Shown here piece after piece: positions 1 to 9,261 of a DNA stretch of 57,354 nt. Under the pieces are notes generated by a model. It was not told where the DNA came from and did not search any database. It saw only the letters and a program-made list of their open reading frames with translations. Source of the DNA: Deltaproteobacteria bacterium (GTDB lineage: Bacteria > SAR324 > NAC60-12); assembly GCA_002683785.1 (NCBI GenBank), contig NYUB01000029.1:1-57354 (forward strand). Direction: 5' to 3'. Both the position numbers and the translations under genes were made by a program. Position 1 is the first letter of the stretch. The number at the start of each line of letters is the position of its first letter.

Positions 1-107
1 ATATATACACTTTATTGTTGAGAGCAATATCTTCGGTGTTCAGCGCGCACTAAGAGTGCTTAGTCTCTTTTTCGAAAACTTTCTTTCTTCCAGGATCAGG
101 GCAAAGC

Positions 108-1040
108 ATGCAGGTGTATCGTTTCCGGGAAAGTAACTCCGGGGATCATCCAACCGTCGTCACCATTGGTAATTTTGATGGAATGCATCTCGGACATCAG
201 GCTTTAACTGGCTCTGTGATCAAAGAAGCCAAACAACGAAATCTCTCTTCTGCTCTAGTTACTTTCAACCCTCATCCTCAAGAAATTCTACATCCTCGTC
301 AACCGGTCCAACGTATATGCACACCACAACTCCAAAAACGACTCTTTGAAAAATCAGGAATCGATGAGGTGCATGTGATCCCCTTTACTCCGGAACTGGC
401 AGAGTTGGGTGCGGAAAACTTTGCATCCCAATACCTCATTCAACGTTTTAAAATGGAGAAATTGATCGTCGGTTACGATTTTCGTTTTGGAAAAAACCGA
501 TCCGGGGATTTCATACTGCTTGAAAAACTTGGAAGGGAAAATGGGTTTTCTCTTAAGGAGATCGCTCCGATTCGAATCAATAGTCAAATCGTGAGTAGCA
601 CCTTGATACGACAATTGGTTCGAGATCAACGTTTTTCTGAAGTGGAACAGTATCTGGGCCGATCCTATAGTTTGCTGGGGACTGTAAAAAAAGGAGAACA
701 ACGTGGAAGGACACTTGGCTTTCCAACAGCAAACCTAATTCCAGAAATTCACTTACCACTTCCTCCTGGGGTTTATGTAACCAAGGTAAAATTCAGAAAC
801 GAATTTCATTACGGGGTAACAAATATCGGCACCCGACCGACTTTTGGTGAGGAAGAGTTTCGAGCAGAAACGTGGATCATCGATTTCCAAGGAGATCTCT
901 ATGGAGAAACGATGGAAATTTGGCCCCTCAAGTCTCTCAGAGCCGAGAAAAAATTTTCTGGCATCGAAGAACTGAAAAACCAGATTGAAGTCGATGTTCT
1001 TCAAGCTCGGAAATATCTTCAAGAAACATCAACGGCATGA
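108..1040 (+). CDS. ribF: bifunctional riboflavin kinase / FAD synthetase
   Basis: 310-aa ORF. N-terminal nucleotidyltransferase motif GNFDGMHLGHQ. C-terminal riboflavin-kinase region (RTLGFPTANL, GVTNIGTRPTF). Confidence 0.9.
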   Translation: MQVYRFRESNSGDHPTVVTIGNFDGMHLGHQALTGSVIKEAKQRNLSSALVTFNPHPQEILHPRQPVQRICTPQLQKRLFEKSGIDEVHVIPFTPELAELGAENFASQYLIQRFKMEKLIVGYDFRFGKNRSGDFILLEKLGRENGFSLKEIAPIRINSQIVSSTLIRQLVRDQRFSEVEQYLGRSYSLLGTVKKGEQRGRTLGFPTANLIPEIHLPLPPGVYVTKVKFRNEFHYGVTNIGTRPTFGEEEFRAETWIIDFQGDLYGETMEIWPLKSLRAEKKFSGIEELKNQIEVDVLQARKYLQETSTA

Positions 1041-1053
1041 AGGATGGTAACAC

Positions 1054-2178
1054 ATGCTGAATTATAAGCCTGAGCAGATTCTGATTGATGTTGAAGTGGA
1101 AAATTCCCTCTTGGCACGTGAAATATGTGATCGTTTTTCCGATGTCCCCCAACTGATTCTTGAACAGGGAGACGACCACAAAAAAACTTTGGGGCTTGAT
1201 CCTGGAAGAAATCCATTGACTCAGGGAAAAAAAAACCTACATCTGAAATATTTCCAGGGTCATTCATTCAAAAGCTGTCCGGGATTTTCGGAAGATCTGC
1301 TTTGCTGCAATTATTTCACTCTGGATTTGGTCGAGAATTGCCCTTTTGAGTGCACCTACTGTATCCTGCAGGCCTTTCTGAACAAACCAATGATCACCGT
1401 TCATGCCAACCTTGAGGAAATTCTGGAAAATCTCAAAAATCAAATTTCTACTCGTTCCAGACAACTTTACCGGGTTGGAACAGGTGAGCATTCAGACAGC
1501 CTAGCCCTTGATCCTTATCTCAGAATCAGTCCACATTTGATTCGCTTCTTCAGCAATCTTCCAAATGCCATTCTTGAATTAAAAACAAAATCTCATCACG
1601 TAGACCATCTACTTGACCTTCCACACGGAGGAAAAACAGTCATTGCTTGGTCGCTCAATCCTGAAACTATCATCGAGCAGGAAGAGTACAAAACTGCACG
1701 TTTGGACGAACGTTTAGAGGCTGCTCGTAAAGCATCGGATGCCGGTTATAAACTCGGCTTTCATTTTGATCCAATGCTTCATTTTCCAGGTTGGGAAAAA
1801 GAATACCCAAGACTTGTTGAGCGCCTGTTTGATTCTGTCAGTCCAGAGAGAATTGCCTGGATTAGTATGGGCACCCTCAGATGTCTTCCGATGTTAAAAC
1901 CAATCGTAGAAGACCGTTTTCCCTCAAGTAGGGTTTTCCTTGGTGAACTTTTTCAATCGGATGATGGTAAACTACGCTACCTGAAAAGGATTCGGCAGGA
2001 GATGATCCGTTTAATGCAGCAAGAGCTTCAAAAACACGCGCCTGGTGTTCCAAACTACATCTGTATGGATAAGCCATCCGTTTGGAGAAACAGCATGCCT
2101 TCCCAGCCTGAAGACAGCTCAGATCTTGAAGCAACACTTGAGTTTGGATTCCTTCAAACCGAAATGGAAAGGGTCTGA
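1054..2178 (+). CDS. radical-SAM protein, spore-photoproduct-lyase (SplB)-like family
   Basis: 374-aa ORF with radical-SAM CxxxCxxC cluster motif (CPFECTYC). Overall layout resembles SplB-like DNA repair lyases. Starts 14 nt after ribF. Confidence 0.65.
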   Translation: MLNYKPEQILIDVEVENSLLAREICDRFSDVPQLILEQGDDHKKTLGLDPGRNPLTQGKKNLHLKYFQGHSFKSCPGFSEDLLCCNYFTLDLVENCPFECTYCILQAFLNKPMITVHANLEEILENLKNQISTRSRQLYRVGTGEHSDSLALDPYLRISPHLIRFFSNLPNAILELKTKSHHVDHLLDLPHGGKTVIAWSLNPETIIEQEEYKTARLDERLEAARKASDAGYKLGFHFDPMLHFPGWEKEYPRLVERLFDSVSPERIAWISMGTLRCLPMLKPIVEDRFPSSRVFLGELFQSDDGKLRYLKRIRQEMIRLMQQELQKHAPGVPNYICMDKPSVWRNSMPSQPEDSSDLEATLEFGFLQTEMERV

Positions 2179-2179
2179 A

Positions 2180-2806
2180 ATGTCTAAAAATTTTCCTGAG
2201 ACCATACCGGTTTTTCCACTTTATGGCTGTATCTTATTGCCGAAAACCATCCTTCCTTTGAATATTTTTGAACCTCGTTATCGACAGATGATCGAACATG
2301 CTATAGAAACAGAAGATCTGATCGGAATGATTCAACCGTTGAGTAATGATGATGATAAAATCCACCAAATTGGTTGTCTTGGAAGGATTGATCATTATCA
2401 AAAACAATCTGACGGGAATTATCTGATCCGTCTCCAGGGAGAAATTCGCTTCGAAATCCTTCAAGAACTCGAAGTGGAAACATTATACAGGCAGGTTGAA
2501 GTGGACTATAAACGTTTCAGATCTGATTCGAGCGAATCCATCGAAGAATGTAAATCGTCGGGATTGCTTCAAGCCTTCAAAGCCTATGCATCCCGGAAAG
2601 AACTCCAGGTTGAGTGGGAAAAAATTGAATCGATTCCTTTAAATCTGTTGATCAATATCCTGAGCATGAATCTGGATTTCAACCCAATTGAAAAACAAGC
2701 CCTGCTTGAGGCTCCAGGATTGAATGAACGTTGGGACAACCTGATCGCTCTGATGCATATGGCATCTCTGGAAGCAGCCCCAAATCCTTCCAGTTATATC
2801 AATTAA
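2180..2806 (+). CDS. LON N-terminal (substrate-binding) domain protein, no ATPase or protease part
   Basis: The track ORF starts at 2045 inside the previous gene. ATG at 2180 lies one nt after the upstream TGA. IPVFPL...LPLNIFEPRYRQM is the Lon N-domain signature. Confidence 0.75.
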   Translation: MSKNFPETIPVFPLYGCILLPKTILPLNIFEPRYRQMIEHAIETEDLIGMIQPLSNDDDKIHQIGCLGRIDHYQKQSDGNYLIRLQGEIRFEILQELEVETLYRQVEVDYKRFRSDSSESIEECKSSGLLQAFKAYASRKELQVEWEKIESIPLNLLINILSMNLDFNPIEKQALLEAPGLNERWDNLIALMHMASLEAAPNPSSYIN

Positions 2807-2825
2807 AATTAAACTGATTGAAATC

Positions 2826-3857
2826 ATGAAACATTTAAAAATATTTATTCATTCAATGATCAGCATTATTCCTTTCCTGGGCTTAGGTTATGATGCTTCT
2901 CCCCTCCTGGCAGCTGAAAGTGTAGTTTTTGATTCAAACCCGATGGTCGCAGAATTGGAAAATCAACCCGTGAGGCTTGAAGATTTGAGGAACAAAAAAA
3001 TTTACGATCTCAGCCTTCAACTCTACCAACAACTTCAGGAACAGTTGATTTTACATACTCTTGAAAACCTGGAAAACAAACACAAAGAAATCAACAGCAA
3101 ACCCAGGATCTCAATCAGTGAAGAACAAATCCTTGCTGTTTACGAAGGAAACAACCTTAAGGAACGAGGGTCCCTGGATAAATTTCGTCCTCAAATCCGC
3201 CAGTACCTGAAAGCACAACTTAGACAGGAGATGCTTTTGAACCAATTCGGCATGGCACTGGAAAAGGGATGGGTCAAATCCTACCTTTCTCCTCCCTCTG
3301 AATTTACCCAGGAAGCTTCCATCAAAACCGCCTACATTAGAGGAAATCCCAAAGCCAAGGTGATGATTCTGGAATTCTCTGATTACCAGTGCCCTTATTG
3401 TTCACGCATCCAGGGTACCGTTCAGAAATTGATCAAAACCTATGAGAAAAAAATTGCCTTCGGTTACAGGCATTTCCCGCTTGGCTTTCACACAGAAGCA
3501 GATGATGCCGCAATGGCAGTGGAGTGCGCTCGGGAACAAGGTAAATTCGAGGAAATGCATGAATTACTTTATGCCAACCAAAAAGCCCAGTTTCCAGAAG
3601 ATTTAAAAAAATATTCACGTAGAATTGGTATCAAAAATAAGAAAAAATTCGACCAATGCCTCGAAAGTGAGCGATACCGGGGATTGGTCAACCAGGATAT
3701 GGAAGATGGCGCCAGCTTGGGCATCAGTGGGACTCCAGGATTTTTCATAGGCCGTTATAACCCCAATAAACGCAGAATCAAAGGAGAACTACTTTCTGGG
3801 GCACAACCTCTGAATGCCTTCGAAAATCTGATCGCAAAATATCTCACCCAACCCTAA
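2826..3857 (+). CDS. DsbA-family thiol:disulfide oxidoreductase with long N-terminal helical extension
   Basis: Hydrophobic N-terminal signal/anchor. Thioredoxin-fold active site YQCPYCSR in the C-terminal half. Confidence 0.75.
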   Translation: MKHLKIFIHSMISIIPFLGLGYDASPLLAAESVVFDSNPMVAELENQPVRLEDLRNKKIYDLSLQLYQQLQEQLILHTLENLENKHKEINSKPRISISEEQILAVYEGNNLKERGSLDKFRPQIRQYLKAQLRQEMLLNQFGMALEKGWVKSYLSPPSEFTQEASIKTAYIRGNPKAKVMILEFSDYQCPYCSRIQGTVQKLIKTYEKKIAFGYRHFPLGFHTEADDAAMAVECAREQGKFEEMHELLYANQKAQFPEDLKKYSRRIGIKNKKKFDQCLESERYRGLVNQDMEDGASLGISGTPGFFIGRYNPNKRRIKGELLSGAQPLNAFENLIAKYLTQP

Positions 3858-5266
3858 TGAGGCAATATTCCGAATCAGAACTGAGGCAAAGTCTTTCAGA
3901 TATTGCCACGCCACAGATTCTCGTGGTGGGAGATCTGATGCTTGACCGCTACTCTTGGGGGATGGTTCAACGGATTTCTCCGGAAGCCCCGATCCCGGTA
4001 CTTCAAGTTGCCCGGGATGATCAGAGGCTGGGGGGCGCCGGCAATGTGATGATGAATCTATCCGTGATGGGTGCTGAAGTGCTGGCCTGCGGTGTCACTG
4101 GAAAAGATGAAGCCGGAGAGATCATTCTCGGTCTGCTTCAGGAACAGGGTATAGACACATCTGGAGTAGAACAGCAGGAACAGTATACCACAGTGCTCAA
4201 ACACCGCATGATCGCCGGACATACGCATCTGTTGAGGATGGATCTTGATCCTCCTTCGGGGAGTGTGGTCAGGCAGGAAGGGCTGATTGATTTCCTGAAA
4301 AAGACCATTCCAAGGGTTGACGCAGTCTTGATTTCAGATTATGGCAAAGGTTTATTGGGTAACTCGATGCTTAGGACCATTGCTGCTCTCTGCAAAACCC
4401 ATCACATTCCTTCCCTTTGTGACCCTCGTCGTAATATTGATTTCGAAATCTACCAGGATTTCACACTTATCAAACCCAACCGGGCCGAAACAGAAGCTGC
4501 GGTAGGATTCCCTCTCATCGATCAGGACAGTATCCTCCGGGCAGCACACAAACTGAAATACGAGGCGGATCTTGAATATGTTGTCATCAGCCTCGATCAG
4601 GATGGAATGTTGCTGTTCCGTCAAGCCAATGACTATCAGTTCCTAAAAGCTGAAACCCAGGAAGTATTCGATGTTGTCGGAGCTGGAGACATGGTGATCA
4701 GTGTTCTGGCCTACCTCTTGGCAGGAAGTGCAAGCATCGAACAGGCAGGTTTCTGGGCCCAACTAGCAGCCGGCATGGCCATTCAGCATGTAGGAGTTGT
4801 TTCTTTCACCCGTTCAGATCTTCTTCATCGTTTTGAATACGGTGAAACTTCAGGGAAGATCATGACGCTCGAACAACTCAGCCGTTATCTGCCCCACCAG
4901 GAACTTCCACTAATATTCACAAATGGATATTTCGATGATATCAGTGCTGGACATCTCAAGTTCCTGCACCAGCTAAATACCCTCAACGGGTTCAATGTGG
5001 TAGCCATCAACAGTGACCGCAGCATCTCTCAAGAAAAAGGCGAAGCACCTCTATTGAACGAACGTGAGAGAGCAATGCTTCTTTCATCGGTTGAATCCGT
5101 TAACCGCGTCATCATCTTTGATGAAACGGATGCCTCCCATTTGATACGGACCCTTCGACCGGTTCGGGTGGTGAAGGGAGAACGCTACCGAAACCAATCC
5201 CTTCCAGAAAAAGATGCGATTGATGAAGTTGGTGCATTGATAGAATTTTTTCCTGAATACGGATAA
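3857..5266 (+). CDS. hldE: bifunctional D-beta-D-heptose 7-phosphate kinase / heptose 1-phosphate adenylyltransferase
   Basis: 469 aa. N-terminal ribokinase-like domain (ILVVGDLMLDRY, RISPEAPIPV, GAGD). C-terminal cytidylyltransferase motif TNGYFDDISAGHLKFL. Start overlaps the upstream stop (TAATG). Confidence 0.9.
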   Translation: MRQYSESELRQSLSDIATPQILVVGDLMLDRYSWGMVQRISPEAPIPVLQVARDDQRLGGAGNVMMNLSVMGAEVLACGVTGKDEAGEIILGLLQEQGIDTSGVEQQEQYTTVLKHRMIAGHTHLLRMDLDPPSGSVVRQEGLIDFLKKTIPRVDAVLISDYGKGLLGNSMLRTIAALCKTHHIPSLCDPRRNIDFEIYQDFTLIKPNRAETEAAVGFPLIDQDSILRAAHKLKYEADLEYVVISLDQDGMLLFRQANDYQFLKAETQEVFDVVGAGDMVISVLAYLLAGSASIEQAGFWAQLAAGMAIQHVGVVSFTRSDLLHRFEYGETSGKIMTLEQLSRYLPHQELPLIFTNGYFDDISAGHLKFLHQLNTLNGFNVVAINSDRSISQEKGEAPLLNERERAMLLSSVESVNRVIIFDETDASHLIRTLRPVRVVKGERYRNQSLPEKDAIDEVGALIEFFPEYG

Positions 5267-5348
5267 AACAACTTCAATTAGATCACGGCTTAACTTTTTC
5301 AAAAACTTTGACAACCATTATTCTTCAATTAACTGATTTGATCACTCC

Positions 5349-6641
5349 ATGGACATAAAAACCGAAGACATCCAAAGCTTAGTTGAACAACAAAATAACT
5401 GGCGCGGAAAAGAATGTTTGAACCTGATTGCTAGTGAAAATACCCAGTCCCCCAATGTGAGAAACATTGAGGTTAATGACTTTATGGGCCGTTACGCCGA
5501 AGGGCACCCGAACACCAATGATGAAGATCGACGTTATTACGAAGGCACCCGATGGATTGACGAAATTGAAAGGATTGCAGAGCAAGAAATTATCGAACTA
5601 GCAGGATGCCAGCAGGCTGATGTCAGACCCATCAGCGGAAACGCCGCCAACACAGCCCTGGCTTTGGGCATACTCAGAGGGGGAGACACGGTTGTGGTGA
5701 ACTCCATTGAACAGGGCGGGCACATCAGCCACAACCCGATAGGAGTTGTGGGGAGGAGGATTCAGAAAAGGGGTCAGGTTCTTAATCTAGGAAAAGAAAA
5801 TTCCATTGACCTCAATTTCTGGCCTGCAACTGAAGACGGTTATCACCTGGATGCAAATGCCTGTGTTGACCTTCTTGAGAAAAAACGTCCGAACCTCGCA
5901 ATTCTGGGTAAAAGTCTTTTCCTCTTTCCTGAACCGGTGAAGGAAATCGCAGAAGCTTGTAGAAACCTGAAAATACCATTGCTCTATGATGGTGCGCATG
6001 TCCTTGGATTGATCCTGGGAGGATGTTTTCAGGATCCTTTCCGAGAAGGTGCACATTTCATCAATGCAAGCACCCACAAAACCTTTCCTGGCCCACAACG
6101 TGGGGTCATCCTAGGAAACCTTCAGGGAGAAGAGGAATTGAAGTGGTGGACAAGCATAGACCGTGGAGTGATGCCTGGTTCCTCAAGTAGCCACCACCTG
6201 CATACCCTTCCAGGGCTGGTCATCGCCATCCGGGAAATGAAAGTTTATGGAAAAGCGTACGCCAAACAAACAATCAAAAATGCTAAGGCACTGGGACAGG
6301 CCCTAGATGATGAAGGAGTCGATGTAGAAGCCAAGGAATTTGGTTTTACAGAAAGTCACCAACTGGCACTGCGGGTTACGCGTTATGGTGAGGCCAAAAA
6401 AATCGCCCGGCATCTTGCTGAACAAAACATCATCTGCAATTACAACCAGCTTCCGGGAGATCCGGACCCAGGATTTCCCTCAGGACTCCGTTTAGGAGTT
6501 CAGGAAATGACCCGGATGGGAATGACAGAAAATGAAATGGGAGATATCGCCCAGTTGATGAGCTCAGCTATTAAGGGAAAGAAGGTGTTAAAGGAAGTTG
6601 GGAACCTCCGGGAACGATTTAACGAAGTCTGTTATTGTTAG
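5349..6641 (+). CDS. glyA: serine hydroxymethyltransferase family protein (divergent)
   Basis: 430 aa. LIASEN motif and PLP-lysine motif STHKTFPGPQRG. The N-terminal third carries an unusual HPNTNDEDRRYYEG segment. Confidence 0.75.
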   Translation: MDIKTEDIQSLVEQQNNWRGKECLNLIASENTQSPNVRNIEVNDFMGRYAEGHPNTNDEDRRYYEGTRWIDEIERIAEQEIIELAGCQQADVRPISGNAANTALALGILRGGDTVVVNSIEQGGHISHNPIGVVGRRIQKRGQVLNLGKENSIDLNFWPATEDGYHLDANACVDLLEKKRPNLAILGKSLFLFPEPVKEIAEACRNLKIPLLYDGAHVLGLILGGCFQDPFREGAHFINASTHKTFPGPQRGVILGNLQGEEELKWWTSIDRGVMPGSSSSHHLHTLPGLVIAIREMKVYGKAYAKQTIKNAKALGQALDDEGVDVEAKEFGFTESHQLALRVTRYGEAKKIARHLAEQNIICNYNQLPGDPDPGFPSGLRLGVQEMTRMGMTENEMGDIAQLMSSAIKGKKVLKEVGNLRERFNEVCYC

Positions 6642-6704
6642 AGAGTTACAATTGAATCAAACTGATCAAAGTCAGAGTCAAATTTTTTCATGCTGGATTG
6701 AAAA

Positions 6705-7919
6705 TCAAGCTGCTTTGGCTTCCATATTTTTAGTGGCGCGGTGAAGGTATTGGTTGATTTTCATTTTGGTGATGGTGTCATTGTCCCGATATTTGAGATG
6801 TAAATCATACAAACCTCCTCTGGGAACGATGTTCATCACCGAAGCAGCCAAATCACGACGTATACTTGCCCTAGATAGATGAAAAATTAAAACATCATCC
6901 TTATTGAGTCCCTGAAGATCTTTCATCTGAAGTTTCATTCCACCTCCACTCATGTCCTTGATGGTTGCGGTTACCATATCTCTTTCCTGTTCTTCAGCCT
7001 CGAACTTATGTTCCAAATCGTATTGAGCATCGCTGACGAGCTGAAAATTCATTTCCATGTCCATCGGAACACGTTCTGATTCACGGATTGTCATTTTGTG
7101 TATCTCGGACGTCTGCTTCAGAATCACCGCATTCATCTCGTCAATCAGCTGATCTACAATATCCACGTCAAATTCATAGTCCGCATCATTTGCCCTCCGG
7201 AGCCTACAATGAATAGAAGGGAATTGTTTTAAATTGGCAGGTCTCTTTTTGACTGAAGGAGGTTTGATATAAAGATGAGATTCGTTGGCATCCAAAATAG
7301 AAGTCATGAAAACCACATTTCTGGATTTGTGTCTGATTTCACATTCTAATTTCATTCCCTTTTCAAGCATTTGTGTATTCAAAAAAGGCCAATCTAAATT
7401 TTTAAATGTAAATTCTAAGCTTTTTCTTAATTCAAATATTTTTGGATATGCCTCTTCTTCAAATCTATCAGATTCTTTAAAATCAATTACTGTTTGTTCA
7501 AATAATTCACTTGAACTGATTACTGGTAATATATCAACTGGATCAACAGTCCCGCATAATTCAGTGACAAATTCTCTTGTTTCCTCATCAAGCTTTTTAT
7601 TTTCATACTCCGTTTCCAGGCCCATTTGAGCCTGTTCGTCAACAATTGCGTCAAGCTCTTCCTGGGCCTGTTTCTCACGCAGGTACCTGGCACCATAAAA
7701 CCCGCCGATGGAACCGAAAACCAAAATGAAAAGTGCGATCCAAAAGGATATTGGCCATGTGGAAGGTGGAGGCATCGACTGAAAAAGATTCGATGTCTCA
7801 AGATCACCAGTGCTGAAACTGGGTTTATTGGAACGGTCTATCCCGCAAAGCAGGAACCAGAGAATTACAAACCCAAATCCGGTAATCAGGTTTTCAAATT
7901 TTTTGATCAGATTTCGCAT
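6705..7919 (-). CDS. membrane-anchored YcgR-like PilZ-domain (c-di-GMP receptor) protein
   Basis: PilZ motifs RESER (RxxxR) and DMSGGG (DxSxxG) near the C-terminus. Two N-terminal hydrophobic helices. The track start at 7943 is TTG. ATG at 7919 is preceded by GGAG 6 nt upstream. Confidence 0.75.
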   Translation of the reverse strand: MRNLIKKFENLITGFGFVILWFLLCGIDRSNKPSFSTGDLETSNLFQSMPPPSTWPISFWIALFILVFGSIGGFYGARYLREKQAQEELDAIVDEQAQMGLETEYENKKLDEETREFVTELCGTVDPVDILPVISSSELFEQTVIDFKESDRFEEEAYPKIFELRKSLEFTFKNLDWPFLNTQMLEKGMKLECEIRHKSRNVVFMTSILDANESHLYIKPPSVKKRPANLKQFPSIHCRLRRANDADYEFDVDIVDQLIDEMNAVILKQTSEIHKMTIRESERVPMDMEMNFQLVSDAQYDLEHKFEAEEQERDMVTATIKDMSGGGMKLQMKDLQGLNKDDVLIFHLSRASIRRDLAASVMNIVPRGGLYDLHLKYRDNDTITKMKINQYLHRATKNMEAKAA

Positions 7920-8123
7920 TTTGTACTCCAATGAAAAGGACAATTACTTCGAATATTTCTTAACGGCAATTGATAAACAAATCAAGCCCTGTTGGATATT
8001 CATTCTAATTCATATTAAAGGGCTCGCCCGTTCATGTTGGTGCAAACAGCAGTCCGTGAGTTAACATTCAACCAGTAAAGTCAGAAACTGCTAACCTTCT
8101 CAAATTGAATTCAATGCCTCAAC

Positions 8124-8996
8124 TTATGAGGCGGAGGGGTGGACATCATAACTGCCCAAGATTTTGTAATTGAACTTGCTGGTTCTCAGCACATCCAGGC
8201 AGGCTTCGCTTTCCTGAATGTTATAGAAATCTACATAGAAATCGTACATCCAGGGTGTGGATTTTGAAGGGCGGGATTCGAGCCGACAGAGATTGATTCC
8301 GAAAAGGTTAAAAACACTCAACATACGGTAGAGTAGTCCAGGGCGGTCTTCCTGAAATTCCACAAAGAGAGCCGTTTTTTTTCGGTTAAAATCATACTGT
8401 TGGTTTTCTCCTCGATTTTTTACCAGCAGAAAACGAGTTGTATTGTTTTTGTAGTCCTGGATGTTCTCTGCAAAAAGATACTGAGGATGTTTCAGTGCAA
8501 ATGAAACCGGTACAATGGCCGCAAGTGGATTTTGACCCAGTTCAACCTTTTCCAGAAATTGAAGTCCAGAATCTATGTTGCTGCGGGTGAACTGAGGGCG
8601 GACTTTGGGGATATTTTGGGCGATCCACCGACTGGTCTGTTCAAATGCTTGTGAATGCGTATAACAGTCTTGGATCTTTTCAGGATCTGCCGAGGCAAGA
8701 AGAGAGTAGGTGATCGGGAGGCTAACTTCGGCCAAAATTTCCAAATCCATGCTGACCAGGGCATCCTGAACCTGTGCCACCGTTCCAGCAACCGAATTTT
8801 CAATCGGAACGACTGCCGCTTGTAATGGATCTTGACGAACTTCCAGCAGTGCTTCTGCAAATGTACTGCTGTATCGGATGAGATCAGGCTGATGTTGAAA
8901 TAGTCTTGCCGCCTCATCACTGAAGGTGCCTTCCGGCCCCAACGTGTAGACAGCAGTGACAGGATCAAGCAGATTGACAGAGGCTGGTGAAGACAA
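8124..8996 (-). CDS. pheA: prephenate dehydratase
   Basis: 290 aa. YTLGPEGTFS N-terminus, TRF motif (NNTTRFLLV), C-terminal ACT-like region. Apparent TTG start 3 nt after the rpmB stop. Confidence 0.85.
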   Translation of the reverse strand: MSSPASVNLLDPVTAVYTLGPEGTFSDEAARLFQHQPDLIRYSSTFAEALLEVRQDPLQAAVVPIENSVAGTVAQVQDALVSMDLEILAEVSLPITYSLLASADPEKIQDCYTHSQAFEQTSRWIAQNIPKVRPQFTRSNIDSGLQFLEKVELGQNPLAAIVPVSFALKHPQYLFAENIQDYKNNTTRFLLVKNRGENQQYDFNRKKTALFVEFQEDRPGLLYRMLSVFNLFGINLCRLESRPSKSTPWMYDFYVDFYNIQESEACLDVLRTSKFNYKILGSYDVHPSAS

Positions 8997-8999
8997 GCT

Positions 9000-9194
9000 T
9001 CAGGAGGCAGCCAACGTTTTTCCAGATCGAATGCAACGTGTGCAGACCCGGATCTTTTTGCGGTTTCCACCTGGCTGAAGAACCCTCACATTCTGGATGT
9101 TTGGAAGCCATCTTCGTTTATTCCGGTTGTGTGCATGACTCACACGAAAACCGTTACCTGGTGTTTTTCCGCAAATTTGACACTTAAGGGACAT
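9000..9194 (-). CDS. rpmB: 50S ribosomal protein L28
   Basis: 64-aa basic protein MSLKCQICGK...VSHAHNRNKRRWLPN, a typical L28 sequence. ATG start. Confidence 0.9.
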   Translation of the reverse strand: MSLKCQICGKTPGNGFRVSHAHNRNKRRWLPNIQNVRVLQPGGNRKKIRVCTRCIRSGKTLAAS

Positions 9195-9261
9195 GTAGCG
9201 TTGGAATATTGAATTTCAAAACCCTAAATAATAATACAATTCCAGATTTTTTACAATGAAA

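Noticed and set aside
8573-9070. 165-aa minus-strand ORF spanning the pheA 5' part and rpmB.
   Set aside because: It overlaps two conserved genes in other frames, and its translation has no recognisable features.
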